From positions 96,001 to 160,000 of the IMG/VR virus record IMGVR_UViG_3300037067_026010: 64,000 nucleotides of DNA. One strand, given 5' to 3'. The stretch's first letter is position 1, and every line of letters begins with the position of its first letter. Under the pieces are notes generated by a model. It searched no databases. It worked only from the letters and a program-made list of their open reading frames with translations, and was not told the DNA's origin. A program made the position numbers and the translations under genes. Positions 1-9,851 of this stretch are shown piece by piece. This DNA comes from a virus. Taxonomy: Duplodnaviria; Caudoviricetes.

Positions 1-1815
1 TGTCGGATACCACTTGGAATCGTAATAATCATAGCGAAAACGAATCAGTTGCCCGACAACACCGGTTACCGCTACTCCGATATTTCCGCTAGTGCCAAAC
101 GCACAAGGAATGCCCGGAATCACTTCGATAGAGCCAGAAAACCCAGTGTCCCCAGAGATCGGCTGATTGATCGTGGCGGTAACGTTATCGACCGCAACCG
201 CCGATGTGCCGGCGGGATAGGCGTCTCCCGTGCCGCTCGCCGCAGTAACCGTGATCGTTTTTGCGGCAACATCATAGGCTGTCACCGTCATTCCGACACG
301 ACTCTTTGGTGCGCCATCGTTCCAGTAGATCGTCGGCGTCGAAGAAGTCGTGAAAGCATGGTCCCGATTGTTCAGCGTGATGACTGCCGTGCCTGCGGTG
401 TTCACGCTCGTACCGTTCCAACCGATATGGAAACACGGAGCCGATGGAGTAATTGTCGCGGCACTTGTTACAGGCGAACCGATTGGTTGCTCGATATAGC
501 CGGAGATAAACGGATTCGATCCACCAGTGCTTGTCCATGCTAAGCGTTTGACGGATATCTCACCCACGTCGAGAGTAAACGTTCCAGTCATCGACGATGG
601 TATAATACGAATCCGATGCCCGCTGGTCGTGGCTACGCATTTCGCCGTGAAAGTAAAAGTTTCACCACCGGCAGGCAGCGTGTTAGCGAGAATATCCAGA
701 TTAAACTGAGTGCCAAATCCGTACACCAAAATATGATCGGTAGCGACGGTGGAAGTAAACGCTTTGATTTTTACCGTCACTAAATACGCCTCGCCTGGAA
801 GAAGTGGACGGTCCATGCTCGCGATAGTCTGCGAAAGCTCGAACGTGGCATTCGTGGTCCTCACCGTCCCTGATTCGACCCATGTGAAATTAGTGGCGGT
901 CCAGTTAGCCAGGTCAGTATCAGCTGTCCAGCTTGGCGTTTTCAAACATTCGTTGGAGATGACGCTCAGTCCGCGAAATAGTGGCCGCAATCCTCTGACA
1001 GTGACATAACCCGTATTGGAGTTTGCTCTAAATGAAATACCACTATACTCGCCCTGTAGCGAGATTTCCTGCGGGGAGCCCGAAACGATATTGTTGCCAA
1101 TCAGGATAGGTCCAGGCGTACTTACATCTGTTGACGGCCTGCAATAATCCCGCAGTTCAGTCCCTATTTTATAGCCTTTAGTCGTATGGCTTGGGCGTAT
1201 ATTCTGCTGGGGTAGATTCGGAACCGTGCTAGTCCCATCGCCGCGAACTAAGATGTCAAGATCGGCGTCATACACCCATTCGCCAGCAAGTGGAACTACG
1301 TTGGCAAGCGCTGCTGTCGTGCCATAACGCTGCACGATAGAACCGGCTAACGCCGCGTCCGCGTTGAGTATCGCCGCCTTGTTCGCCTGTGGCACGGCGA
1401 TATCGTCCGGCACGATCGCCGCCGCCGCGTCGAGTTGCGCAGGGGTAGCCGTACCAGCATCCTGCTTGGCTGCCAGCGCCGCATCCAGATTTTGCACCTC
1501 GTACAGCTGCTCCGAGGACAGTTCCACTGCGCTGTCTTCGATAAACTGCAAGAGGCCCGCCGCGGTCAGAACTTGAGAAACCGCGCTGCCTACGGCGTGT
1601 GTCGCGGGCGTGGTGCCTTCAATGCCCCTGGTTACGGTAAACGTGTTGGTCGCGGCATCCACCGCAGTTACCAGCAACAGCTCGTCGTCGATGAGAATCC
1701 TGAAGTCGCCTGCAGCCGGGAACAACGCGACACTTGCAACATACACGGTAGTCGCATAGGTTGTCGTAATCGGCAGACTTAGCGTGGTAACTGCATTATT
1801 GGCAAGCCGTTCCAT
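1..1815 (-). CDS. Tail-fibre/virion appendage-like protein (3' end runs off window)
   Basis: ATG at 1815 (MERLANNAVTTL...); frame read by eye to position 1 (...FRYDYYDSKWYPT); Thr/Gly/Val beta-rich; N-terminus RILIDDELLLVTAVD..TFTVTRGIEGT typical of phage fibre anchors; absent from ORF track because no stop lies in the window. Confidence 0.65.
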   Translation of the reverse strand, partial: MERLANNAVTTLSLPITTTYATTVYVASVALFPAAGDFRILIDDELLLVTAVDAATNTFTVTRGIEGTTPATHAVGSAVSQVLTAAGLLQFIEDSAVELSSEQLYEVQNLDAALAAKQDAGTATPAQLDAAAAIVPDDIAVPQANKAAILNADAALAGSIVQRYGTTAALANVVPLAGEWVYDADLDILVRGDGTSTVPNLPQQNIRPSHTTKGYKIGTELRDYCRPSTDVSTPGPILIGNNIVSGSPQEISLQGEYSGISFRANSNTGYVTVRGLRPLFRGLSVISNECLKTPSWTADTDLANWTATNFTWVESGTVRTTNATFELSQTIASMDRPLLPGEAYLVTVKIKAFTSTVATDHILVYGFGTQFNLDILANTLPAGGETFTFTAKCVATTSGHRIRIIPSSMTGTFTLDVGEISVKRLAWTSTGGSNPFISGYIEQPIGSPVTSAATITPSAPCFHIGWNGTSVNTAGTAVITLNNRDHAFTTSSTPTIYWNDGAPKSRVGMTVTAYDVAAKTITVTAASGTGDAYPAGTSAVAVDNVTATINQPISGDTGFSGSIEVIPGIPCAFGTSGNIGVAVTGVVGQLIRFRYDYYDSKWYPT

Positions 1816-1831
1816 ATTTCTACCCTTCGGA

Positions 1832-2131
1832 TTATTCGCCCATTACCCGTAAAATAAACGCTCGAAGTCCTTCCACCGTCAGCACTTGCGACACGAAGGC
1901 GTCGATCTCGTGCGTCGTCGGCGTCGTCTCCTCGATGCCGCGCGTCACGGTAAAAGCGTTTTCGCCGGCGTCGACCTCCGTCACCAACATCAGTTCGTTG
2001 TCGATCCGGATGCGGAAATTGCCTTGTTCCGGAAACAAAAAGACGGAATCCACGTAGATAATTTGCTCGAAGTCGTTGGGGATGGCTTGAGCAAGATACG
2101 AGACTGCATCGTTAGCAAGTTCTTCAGCCAT
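1832..2131 (-). CDS. Stand-alone copy of the fibre N-terminal domain
   Basis: FRIRIDNELMLVTEVD..FTVTRGIEETTPTTH..VSQVLT aligns with the first ~95 aa of the 1..1815 protein. Confidence 0.75.
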   Translation of the reverse strand: MAEELANDAVSYLAQAIPNDFEQIIYVDSVFLFPEQGNFRIRIDNELMLVTEVDAGENAFTVTRGIEETTPTTHEIDAFVSQVLTVEGLRAFILRVMGE

Positions 2132-2256
2132 GGCAACTCTTCTTTTTAATAGGTCAAAAATTCACTCAGGTCGGCAATGCCAAGCTAACAAACGTGGGAC
2201 TGCAACCCGCAGCGCTACCGAAAGTCCCTCCGCGCCAATATCCACCATCTTAGTGT

Positions 2257-3216
2257 TTAGGGCACAGGCTTTAAGCTGCCTACCGCCGCGCCCCGCGAAC
2301 CCTTTCGACAACCCGGCCCGCATTTGGAGCCCATACGCTGCGGTTTTGCGCAGGCTTCGCCGCCCTTTGAGCCGATGGCGATGATACGCGAAATAGCCGT
2401 GCCGGTCCGCTTCGGCCCGCCGTCGCCCGGCCCGAAGCCGTGCTCCTTGCGGAGTTTTTCCCAGTCGGGGGCGGCCGCCCCTTTACCCCATAACGGCAAT
2501 GGCCGTCCCTGTGCATCTGTCGCAGGGTTATATAGCGTGCTAAAATCGGGAAAACGCTTGATGGCCGGCATGTGTAACCGCGAGATTGCCCCCGCGCCCT
2601 GGTCGATGGCGGATCCGAGACCGGCACCGAACGCTTCAGGTGGCGCTTTTCCCTTCATAGCACTGCCAATTTGTCTGACGGCATCCTGTAAACCGGATGC
2701 AGCCCGCGATAATGTCGTCGTCCTACCGGCATACTGCGCACGTCCTGCGGCAGCTGGGGCAGCCCGAGGAGCCGCAGCTTCTTTCTCCTCCTCTTCATCG
2801 CTACGCCGCCGCTTGCCGAGCAGCCGTTGCAAGGCCAGCAGCCCTAAAGCGCCTCCGCCCGCGCCAAGCCCTACCTTGCCCGCTGTCGGCATGGCACCCC
2901 AGGCTTGGCCGAGATTGCCGCCTAGGAGTTTATTCCAAGCTTCGCCATAACCTGCCGGCTCCGCCGCAGGAGCGGGAACAGGCGCAGGGGCGGCTGCACC
3001 AGCTGCCGCCGGGGGCGACAATCTGTCCATCGGTGATTCCGGCAAAGCCGGCACGGGGCTGGGTACTTTCGGCACGGACGCCTGAAAAGCCCTCGCTGGA
3101 GCCTCCTCCAGGGTCTGCCGCGCTTGATTAAGCATATTCGGCTGCGCGGCCGCCGGTTGTCGTAAGGCCGCTTTAACGCGAACCTGGGCGGCTTTAAAGA
3201 GTTTGCTGTCGATCAT
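2257..3216 (-). CDS. Ala/Pro-rich putative virion protein with a hydrophobic Gly-rich segment
   Basis: 319-aa ORF; K-x-A motifs; GLGAGGGALGLLALQRLL followed by RRR/EEEE. Confidence 0.55.
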   Translation of the reverse strand: MIDSKLFKAAQVRVKAALRQPAAAQPNMLNQARQTLEEAPARAFQASVPKVPSPVPALPESPMDRLSPPAAAGAAAPAPVPAPAAEPAGYGEAWNKLLGGNLGQAWGAMPTAGKVGLGAGGGALGLLALQRLLGKRRRSDEEEEKEAAAPRAAPAAAGRAQYAGRTTTLSRAASGLQDAVRQIGSAMKGKAPPEAFGAGLGSAIDQGAGAISRLHMPAIKRFPDFSTLYNPATDAQGRPLPLWGKGAAAPDWEKLRKEHGFGPGDGGPKRTGTAISRIIAIGSKGGEACAKPQRMGSKCGPGCRKGSRGAAVGSLKPVP

Positions 3217-3255
3217 GGTTCAACCTTCCGTGGCTGGTTGTGATAGCTAAAAAAA

Positions 3256-3825
3256 TCACCTGCAGAGGCCGGCGCCGAAGTCTGCAGCCTTTGGCATCGT
3301 CGGGAGCTGCTTCTCTTGGGGCTTGGCCTTGCGGCGTTGGGCGTTATGCCTGATGGCCAGCGTAATCTTGGCTTGGCGATCGATATCGGGCGTGTCGTCT
3401 TCGACGGCTAACGCGGATTTGGCATGCTCGGGAAGGCCGGTGCGCTTTGTTTCGGCAAAATCCTCGGCAGAGCTCGGCGAGATATCGCCGGCTATCTCCT
3501 GCACCTTCTTAGAGGGGGCTGTCATTTCGCCCTTCTGGACGGCATGCACCATGCCGAAAAGACGCTGCTGCGCCTTAGAAGTGCTTTTGGCAGTCTTTGC
3601 CAGCAGCTCTGTGGCTACGGCTGCGCCGAATTGCGCGGCCTTCATCGGTTGCACCGGCGCGGCTGCCGTCAAGATGCCGGTAGCTGCCTGCCCGGCCCGT
3701 TGCGCCGCCTGGGCCATCGTAGGCTTCTTGGGACCCTTGCTGTGCTCGCGAAGGGCCATCGCGGGTGTCATACGCACATCAGCCTGCTTGTTGTGCATAG
3801 GACGCAGTAAATCGAGAACGGTCAT
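3256..3825 (-). CDS. Phage protein with DUF3008-like motif
   Basis: SKAQQRLFGMVHAVQKGE...SKKV..IA..IS...AEDFAETK..GLP; GGAGG SD before ATG 3825. Confidence 0.65.
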   Translation of the reverse strand: MTVLDLLRPMHNKQADVRMTPAMALREHSKGPKKPTMAQAAQRAGQAATGILTAAAPVQPMKAAQFGAAVATELLAKTAKSTSKAQQRLFGMVHAVQKGEMTAPSKKVQEIAGDISPSSAEDFAETKRTGLPEHAKSALAVEDDTPDIDRQAKITLAIRHNAQRRKAKPQEKQLPTMPKAADFGAGLCR

Positions 3826-4040
3826 GGCAAACCCTCCATGGTTGTACGTACCCGATTCTACCACAGGAAGGAAATCCGCACTAGGCGAAGATAAAAAAGA
3901 GCGCCCCGGCAAGAAGCGAAGCTTCCGCCGGGACGTCTTCACCCAATCAAGGTAAACGAAAAAAGTGCCGCAACGCGCAGAATCCATGAAAAACTGCGCA
4001 TTGCGACACCAAACAAGGCAAAATAACCTTAACCGGCAAT

Positions 4041-4058
4041 GCGGTAATTAAGCACCGC
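4041..4058. repeat. 18-bp dispersed quasi-palindrome, copy 1
   Basis: GCGGTAATTAAGCACCGC, flanked by extra arms ACCGGCA/TGCCGGT; just downstream of stop at 4082. Confidence 0.9.
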
Positions 4059-4081
4059 TGCCGGTATGCCGGGAGGCGCGA

Positions 4082-4582
4082 TCAGTCGCGGACCCGTTGC
4101 TCCCGCTCCTCGGCGTCGAGGTTGCGTTGGTAAACGCAGGCAATCGTCATATCGCCCTCGAAATGCTGATCGCCGTGCTCGGGATGCGGCAAAGATGCCA
4201 CGCCGTCGCGGGTCTTGAATACCGGTCCGACGTACTGTGCCGGGATGTCCTCCGTGCCTGGGCAAACCGCACGGATTGCCGCAACCACTTTCTCGGCATC
4301 GCAATCGAACGCGTCGCCGCGTTCCAGGATATGCCGGGCGCCTTGGGTGCTGCCGATGGCCATCTGCCGGTTGAGGCGTGGCTTCGCGCCGGCTGGCAAC
4401 TCCCGAATGCGCACCAGAATCACGTCGCCCTGATGCGACACGGTGCCGATTTCGAAATCCGCGTCCGTGAACGTGCGCGGAGCGTCGTTGACCATCCGCT
4501 CGGGAACCGCTTGCTTGGAGGCCGATTTCTTGGTTTGCTGCTTGGTTTGTTTGGATGCCTTGCTCGCTAAAACTTCCGTCAT
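4082..4582 (-). CDS. Conserved partner of DUF6745 proteins (QGDV...H...HxEH family)
   Basis: HQGDV, ARHIL, HPEH, YQR motifs; directly downstream of the DUF6745 gene. Confidence 0.75.
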   Translation of the reverse strand: MTEVLASKASKQTKQQTKKSASKQAVPERMVNDAPRTFTDADFEIGTVSHQGDVILVRIRELPAGAKPRLNRQMAIGSTQGARHILERGDAFDCDAEKVVAAIRAVCPGTEDIPAQYVGPVFKTRDGVASLPHPEHGDQHFEGDMTIACVYQRNLDAEEREQRVRD

Positions 4583-4733
4583 TTGTCAACTCCTTAACTT
4601 CCGTGGGCGTACGTTTGGCAAACTGCAGAGTATCAGCAGTATGCTTTGCGTACCAGTTTCACTCCAACTAGGACAATTACACCATACCGTAGACCGCCAA
4701 AACGGTCAATCGCGCCGCACTATTGCGGACTAA

Positions 4734-5672
4734 TCAACTTCGGTGGATTGCGTACCGGTCGAGCAGATGGGACATCCACATCTGGGCCTGTTCGCAATTC
4801 TGTATCTCACGCGGAACCCCTAAGGCGTAACGGCGGCCCGTCGACGGGTCGACGAACGCGAAACGCTGCGTACCATCACGCAGCCGGTACAATACCTCAT
4901 CCTGGGCATCCCGATCGTTATGCCGCTGGTCTACGACGGCCGCCCCCGAATCCTTCAAGTAACGCTCCCAGCCGAATCTTTCGATGCGCACGCGCTTGCT
5001 TTCCGCATTGCCGTCCGCTTCGATTTCTTCGAGGGTTTGCTTTTCCGGTGCCATGACGACATTCTTCGGCACCCGTACGCCGTGAATCGCGTACACTTCG
5101 AAGCCGTCGGCATAAGCCGTCGCCGGGCCGTCGTCGCAGTGAAGACGCCCTTCCTCCATGTGCAAGCTTGTCTGCCGCTCCGAAATGACGCAGAACTTCT
5201 CGAGCGGGTAGATCAGGCACGCCTCGTCCAGGCTCTTGAACAAATCCCAAGTTTCCGGATAAGGTTTTACGCCCAATACTTCGCGCATGTACTCGTAGTA
5301 GCTGATGTATCCAGCCCAGAACTGCATATCGGAATAAGGCCACACCAGGGACAACATCGTATCCCCGGCGCGCTTTTGCATTTCCGGCCAGCCAAGATCT
5401 TGCACTCCCAGCGCCCTGGTCCGGAACTCTTCCGCCGGCGTCTCGTCCACGAAAGAGGCCAGCCAGCATACCGCCGCCCATGCGGCTACCGGCGAGGGCA
5501 TAAAAATCGTAACGATCGGCTTCTCGCGGGAAAGGATTTCCGTGTAAAATCGATCGATTTTGCCCAAGAACGTATCGCGTTTGATGCGTTCGCAACTCAT
5601 GCCGCGGGCCAATCCCGCGTCTCGGTACTTATCCAATGCAGCTACCTGTTCCTCGGTAAGTGAGGTAATCAT
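4734..5672 (-). CDS. DUF6745-family protein
   Basis: LTEEQ N-terminus, SP motif, CVISER, GRLHCDDGPA..YADGF.VYAIHGVRVP, N.E.KRV.IERFGWERY, DPSTGRRY.L.VP. Confidence 0.85.
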   Translation of the reverse strand: MITSLTEEQVAALDKYRDAGLARGMSCERIKRDTFLGKIDRFYTEILSREKPIVTIFMPSPVAAWAAVCWLASFVDETPAEEFRTRALGVQDLGWPEMQKRAGDTMLSLVWPYSDMQFWAGYISYYEYMREVLGVKPYPETWDLFKSLDEACLIYPLEKFCVISERQTSLHMEEGRLHCDDGPATAYADGFEVYAIHGVRVPKNVVMAPEKQTLEEIEADGNAESKRVRIERFGWERYLKDSGAAVVDQRHNDRDAQDEVLYRLRDGTQRFAFVDPSTGRRYALGVPREIQNCEQAQMWMSHLLDRYAIHRS

Positions 5673-5712
5673 CGTCGTTCGCTCCTTGTTTGATGGTCCG
5701 TCCTAACACAAC

Positions 5713-5740
5713 TTTATAGCCTATTTTATAGGTTAAGCAA
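5713..5740 (-). promoter_or_regulatory. Sigma70-like promoter for the DUF6745 operon
   Basis: TTGCTT-16bp-TATAAA with palindrome CCTATtttATAGG (5720-5732) in the spacer. Confidence 0.45.
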
Positions 5741-5768
5741 GGGATCCGTATCCTTGAACATCCGGTTA

Positions 5769-6020
5769 CTACCCGCGCGCCGGCGCGCGGCCTCTACTTG
5801 GCGAGAACCTGCGTTCCCCTGATCTTAGCTCGCGCCGGGTGGTCTCCCAAATATCGCCGCATACGTCCAGCAAATCACTGCCAATCAGGCAAGTCGAGAC
5901 GTACGCCGCAATTGTTCGCGCAGTTTGTTTATCGATCTGCCCCATGATCTCGTTTAGCAGGCATTGTTCTGCGGCCTGGCTTGCTGCCTGCAATTGCCGA
6001 AGCACGCCCGAGTTATTCAT
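5769..6020 (-). CDS. Small helical protein resembling array members
   Basis: 83 aa, ATGA-coupled to upstream gene. Confidence 0.6.
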   Translation of the reverse strand: MNNSGVLRQLQAASQAAEQCLLNEIMGQIDKQTARTIAAYVSTCLIGSDLLDVCGDIWETTRRELRSGERRFSPSRGRAPARG

Positions 6021-7081
6021 CGCCCGAACTGCTCCTCCAGGGCCGCCGTTGCAGCGTGCATGGCCTTAGGCAACGGAATGTGCAGCGCAACGCGGAGAAG
6101 CTCGTACAAGCTCCATATTTCCCCCAGCAATCGTGGCGTCCCCGCGGGCAATGCCGTGTCCGGTGCACAGCGGTGCAGGGCGCCGTATAGGCGCTCCGTC
6201 TCCGCCAATAGCTGTTCTGTGACATCCGACAGTGCCCACGCATCCTTGACAGGTGCCACGACTTTCGGCAGATCGCGCAGTTGGAGCCCGCACATCGCCA
6301 CGGTCCAGCAATACGCGACGGCTGTTTTGCCAAACAGATCCGTCTGAGTGCTTATATCGGCCTCGCGTGCCGGCGGCGTCGACTGCTGTAGCAACCCGAG
6401 CCAGATATTGCCAACATGTTCACGCAAACGCATGGTCCAGTATTGCACGGGGAAAGTCTGGGCGCAGCGCCCGTCTTTGTCCTTGGCGTTACGTGCATGC
6501 AGCTTCCGGATCATGGCATACAACATTTCCCACGAATTGGCCGATACCGTGTCATCCGCCGCCAGTCGCCCCAAGCACACGCCGTCGTATGCTTTTCGCA
6601 AATCAAGCACCGTTTGGTAGGCCCGACTCCAACCGTAGTCGCCTTGGACCGCTGGCTGATGCGTGGCTCCCTCCGCTGCCGTTAGACAGGCAGCTAATTG
6701 CACCCGCAGTTGCTCTATCTCCTGTGCTTGCGCCGACTCCTCTGCCCGCGCGGGTGTGCAGGCGACAGTGCAACACCGGAACACCTCGTCGAGCGGTTTG
6801 CCACTAGCCAATGCGTCGGCCAGCTCTTTGAGGCTGTCCGCTATGCGGGCAGAGACGGGAGGCGAGGCTTCCGCGGCCTCTGTGCACGATGCAGCCGCTT
6901 CGACCGGCGGGCACGTGCAAACGCGCAGCTGCTCCAACGCGGTAACGCGCGTGGCCAACGCTGCCACGTCGTCCCGCAATTGCAGCAACAGTACCTCGGA
7001 TTCTTTTACGATAACAGTTTTCGTATGTGCTGCATTTGCCACAGCTTTGGCCACTTGCGCGGCGGGTGCTTCTTGGGACAT
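6017..7081 (-). CDS. Hypothetical phage protein
   Basis: Long ORF, AGGAG SD; internal QLRVQLAACLTAA..GDYGWS..YQ.V..LR segment. Confidence 0.65.
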   Translation of the reverse strand: MSQEAPAAQVAKAVANAAHTKTVIVKESEVLLLQLRDDVAALATRVTALEQLRVCTCPPVEAAASCTEAAEASPPVSARIADSLKELADALASGKPLDEVFRCCTVACTPARAEESAQAQEIEQLRVQLAACLTAAEGATHQPAVQGDYGWSRAYQTVLDLRKAYDGVCLGRLAADDTVSANSWEMLYAMIRKLHARNAKDKDGRCAQTFPVQYWTMRLREHVGNIWLGLLQQSTPPAREADISTQTDLFGKTAVAYCWTVAMCGLQLRDLPKVVAPVKDAWALSDVTEQLLAETERLYGALHRCAPDTALPAGTPRLLGEIWSLYELLRVALHIPLPKAMHAATAALEEQFGR

Positions 7082-7137
7082 AATGTACTCCTGCAAATAA
7101 CGGGGATTAAGGTAATAAGTTTACGTTTTACAGTACG

Positions 7138-7884
7138 TTAAGAAACAGCTGTCGGTTTATGAACGCCGAATCCGCGGAAGCTATCGCAACTGCGACTCTC
7201 GTCCACCCAGCAGGCGGCCACCGGCAGTATAGCACCGGCAATAAGTGCGCTATTGAGTAAGCCCAAGGCGGTAATCGTTCCTGCACGCTCCCAGGACACG
7301 CCCCTAAGTTCACCGCACACGTGGGGTACATCCAACGCTGCCTTGGTAATAGTCACCCGCTGTGTTATCAGGTGCCAAATCGCGGCTTTGTCCTCGCGCG
7401 TAACATCATTCAACACACTAATGATGGCATGGTGCTGGAGGTCTACAAAACCCTCCAGGAGAGTGCGCAACACGTCACGCTCCGCTCCCGAAATCTCCAG
7501 GTGGTTCGCAGAGATGTACAAGTCCAAGGCCCGTTCGATAATAGGGGCAGCTTCAGATTTTTTCTCCACGGTGGGCGTGGACGCCTCTGCCTGTGCCGGG
7601 GCCGGGGCCGGGGCCGGGGCTGGAGTCGCAGCAGGCACTGCAGGTGCCGCGAGCCTATCGATTAACGGCGCGGGCGGTTCCGGAATCGTGCCGCGGATCG
7701 CGTCGTAACACAGTATGGCGTATTCGCGTGCCGTCAGCTCTATCTCTTGCGCTCCACCCCAGCTATGTTTGATCGGTTGGCCGGCGAAATAGAAACATTC
7801 CCATCGCTGGGTGTCGCGAGCGCGGCCTTGATACCAGCCAGGCTCCTGTGGGATAAACGTATCGTGTGGAATCAGATTACGCAT
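7138..7884 (-). CDS. Hypothetical protein with Pro/Ala linker
   Basis: 248-aa ORF, AGGAG SD. Confidence 0.65.
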   Translation of the reverse strand: MRNLIPHDTFIPQEPGWYQGRARDTQRWECFYFAGQPIKHSWGGAQEIELTAREYAILCYDAIRGTIPEPPAPLIDRLAAPAVPAATPAPAPAPAPAQAEASTPTVEKKSEAAPIIERALDLYISANHLEISGAERDVLRTLLEGFVDLQHHAIISVLNDVTREDKAAIWHLITQRVTITKAALDVPHVCGELRGVSWERAGTITALGLLNSALIAGAILPVAACWVDESRSCDSFRGFGVHKPTAVS

Positions 7885-7889
7885 TTTTT

Positions 7890-8417
7890 TTACTCTCCTA
7901 AAGTTAGAAGTTCAGGGTATTTGTCGGGCAATAGGATACATCCGATTTTGTCCGTACTTACGGAACACGCCTGGCGTACATCACGTCCCGCCAGGCGCCA
8001 CAGGCCCTCGACGACAACGCAACCGGTACCCAATCCGACAACATCGCCACGCACCCAACACGGTGGCCACGGATCCGAACCGATCGTCGTGCGAACAAGC
8101 ACTGTCTCTCCGACGGCAGGCAGCCAACCTGCCGGCACGACAGGTCTCACGGCGTATCCGAAGTCCGGCAGAATGTACCAGGCCCTCCGTGGCGCGGCCG
8201 TATAATACCCCGGTTCGCGGTAAACCGCGACTCTGAAGCCGGTTGGCGACAGTTGGTCGATTTCGCCGTAGTCTGCCTGCTGGTCCGGCCAATAATGCCG
8301 GATGCGGACAACCTCGCCGATGCGCGGCACCCGCTTGGCCTGCACGACCTGCGCAATCGGCTTATCCCACAACATGCGTTCTTCAGGCTGTACCTGCGGT
8401 CTGGGTCGCTTTGCCAT
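7890..8417 (-). CDS. Hypothetical protein
   Basis: Start MAKRPRPQ after GGAGG SD. Confidence 0.55.
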   Translation of the reverse strand: MAKRPRPQVQPEERMLWDKPIAQVVQAKRVPRIGEVVRIRHYWPDQQADYGEIDQLSPTGFRVAVYREPGYYTAAPRRAWYILPDFGYAVRPVVPAGWLPAVGETVLVRTTIGSDPWPPCWVRGDVVGLGTGCVVVEGLWRLAGRDVRQACSVSTDKIGCILLPDKYPELLTLGE

Positions 8418-8853
8418 CACCCACCTCCTCGGCCGGTGCCTCTTCTGAAAGCGGCGGCATGCCGACGGCCAGACCCCGCCGCCGCAGTTCGCCGAGCAAC
8501 GCTTCGGTGCTATAACGCTCCAGCGATCTTGGCACGGCTGTCCGCAATTCCTGCGCCTTCCGCCAGGCCATGAATGCTTCCGCCTTGTCGGCGAAGCTGT
8601 GCAGAGAGCCATCCGCGGCCACACTGAAGTACAGAATGCTATTTCGCTCTCCCTGCTCGGTAAATTCTCTCTGCCCGGCTGCAACGATATCGCCTCGCTC
8701 GGCCTGCACCGTCAACAATCCGCAATATTCGCCTCCCGCGAAGGTGCCGTAATGCCACGCGTCCGCCCCGCTCTCCGCGAACTCTACGCGGGCGATCCAC
8801 GGCTGGCCATAACGCTTTGCGCTGTAGGCGCTGGTACTGAGTTCTATTTGCAC
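8383..8853 (-). CDS. Hypothetical phage protein
   Basis: GTG start; Y..KRYGQPWIARV, GDIVAAGQR motifs. Confidence 0.6.
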   Translation of the reverse strand: MQIELSTSAYSAKRYGQPWIARVEFAESGADAWHYGTFAGGEYCGLLTVQAERGDIVAAGQREFTEQGERNSILYFSVAADGSLHSFADKAEAFMAWRKAQELRTAVPRSLERYSTEALLGELRRRGLAVGMPPLSEEAPAEEVGDGKATQTAGTA

Positions 8854-8857
8854 TTGT

Positions 8858-9412
8858 CTACCCTTTCTGTGGTTTACCGTTCGTTTTTTCGGCGTACGGC
8901 AGTTTCTGCGCGATGATGGTGTTCCCCTTGCGGACATTGCAGGCCTTGCAGGCCAACTGCAGATTCAATACGCTGTTCGACCCGCCGCGATGGATCGGGA
9001 TAATATGATCCAACGTCGCTATAGGTAGAGTCTTGTCTGCCCCGGCTTGGTTAGCCAACCGTAGCTTGCAGCCGCAGAGGCTGCAATAGGGGTGTTTATC
9101 GAAAAGCTTGCGCTTGATCCGATAATAGTGATCCTGCGATTCAAGCCGCGCCCCGCGCTTCGTGCCGCCCTGCCCGACCTGCGCCGCCAGGATTGCCGTG
9201 CGCATGCCTCCATTGTGGGAGCCGTGTGTGCCTTGCACATGATACTTCGGCCCGTCCTTGGCATAAGGCCAGAAGTTCACGGTAAACGGCCCGTCGAGAA
9301 TCTGCCAATGAAAGTCCGTGCAGCGGTACGCCCGAAGCTTCGCCCCCTCCACGAGTTTCTGGAATTGTGCGAAGGTCGGACGCCGCTGGAACTCCTCGTA
9401 AGTGATGTGCAT
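8858..9412 (-). CDS. HNH endonuclease
   Basis: CSLC...ATLDHIIPIHRGGSNSVLNLQLACKACNVRKG. Confidence 0.85.
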   Translation of the reverse strand: MHITYEEFQRRPTFAQFQKLVEGAKLRAYRCTDFHWQILDGPFTVNFWPYAKDGPKYHVQGTHGSHNGGMRTAILAAQVGQGGTKRGARLESQDHYYRIKRKLFDKHPYCSLCGCKLRLANQAGADKTLPIATLDHIIPIHRGGSNSVLNLQLACKACNVRKGNTIIAQKLPYAEKTNGKPQKG

Positions 9413-9419
9413 GACACCC

Positions 9420-9842
9420 TCACGTTCCGCTGCTTGTCGACAGCCGTTTGAGGCAATCGGGGCAGTATAGGTTACCCTTGTACATCCGCCATCCGGTGGC
9501 ATTAAGCACGACGCGCAAAGCGCAGCGCGCGGATGCTTCGCCAACACCTTCCACGTTGCGCCGGCACGCGCAATCGTGGCATAGGACAAATACCTGAGAC
9601 TGCATGGCCGCGTCCAGCGCATCGGCCACGGGGGTCGCAGGTGCCGAAGTTGTCACGGTCGGCACGTGGGGCACAGGCAACGGTTGCGGCGCTGCCTCCG
9701 GCTCTTGCAGCGTTTGCAGTATTTCGCCGTAGGCTTTAAGTCGCCACTGGATCAGTTCGTGCTGCGCCGTTTCGGCAGCTTGGAGCCCAGCCAGGCCTTG
9801 CCGTACGCGGTCGAGGGTCTCCCGTCGTTCTGTTGTCGTCAT
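9420..9842 (-). CDS. Coiled-coil plus C-terminal Zn-finger protein
   Basis: CHDC...GW.....YCPDC. Confidence 0.6.
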   Translation of the reverse strand: MTTTERRETLDRVRQGLAGLQAAETAQHELIQWRLKAYGEILQTLQEPEAAPQPLPVPHVPTVTTSAPATPVADALDAAMQSQVFVLCHDCACRRNVEGVGEASARCALRVVLNATGWRMYKGNLYCPDCLKRLSTSSGT

Positions 9843-9851
9843 GTTTGCACC

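Noticed and set aside
7594-7622. GCCGGG tandem repeat
   Set aside because: Simply encodes a PAPAPA linker.
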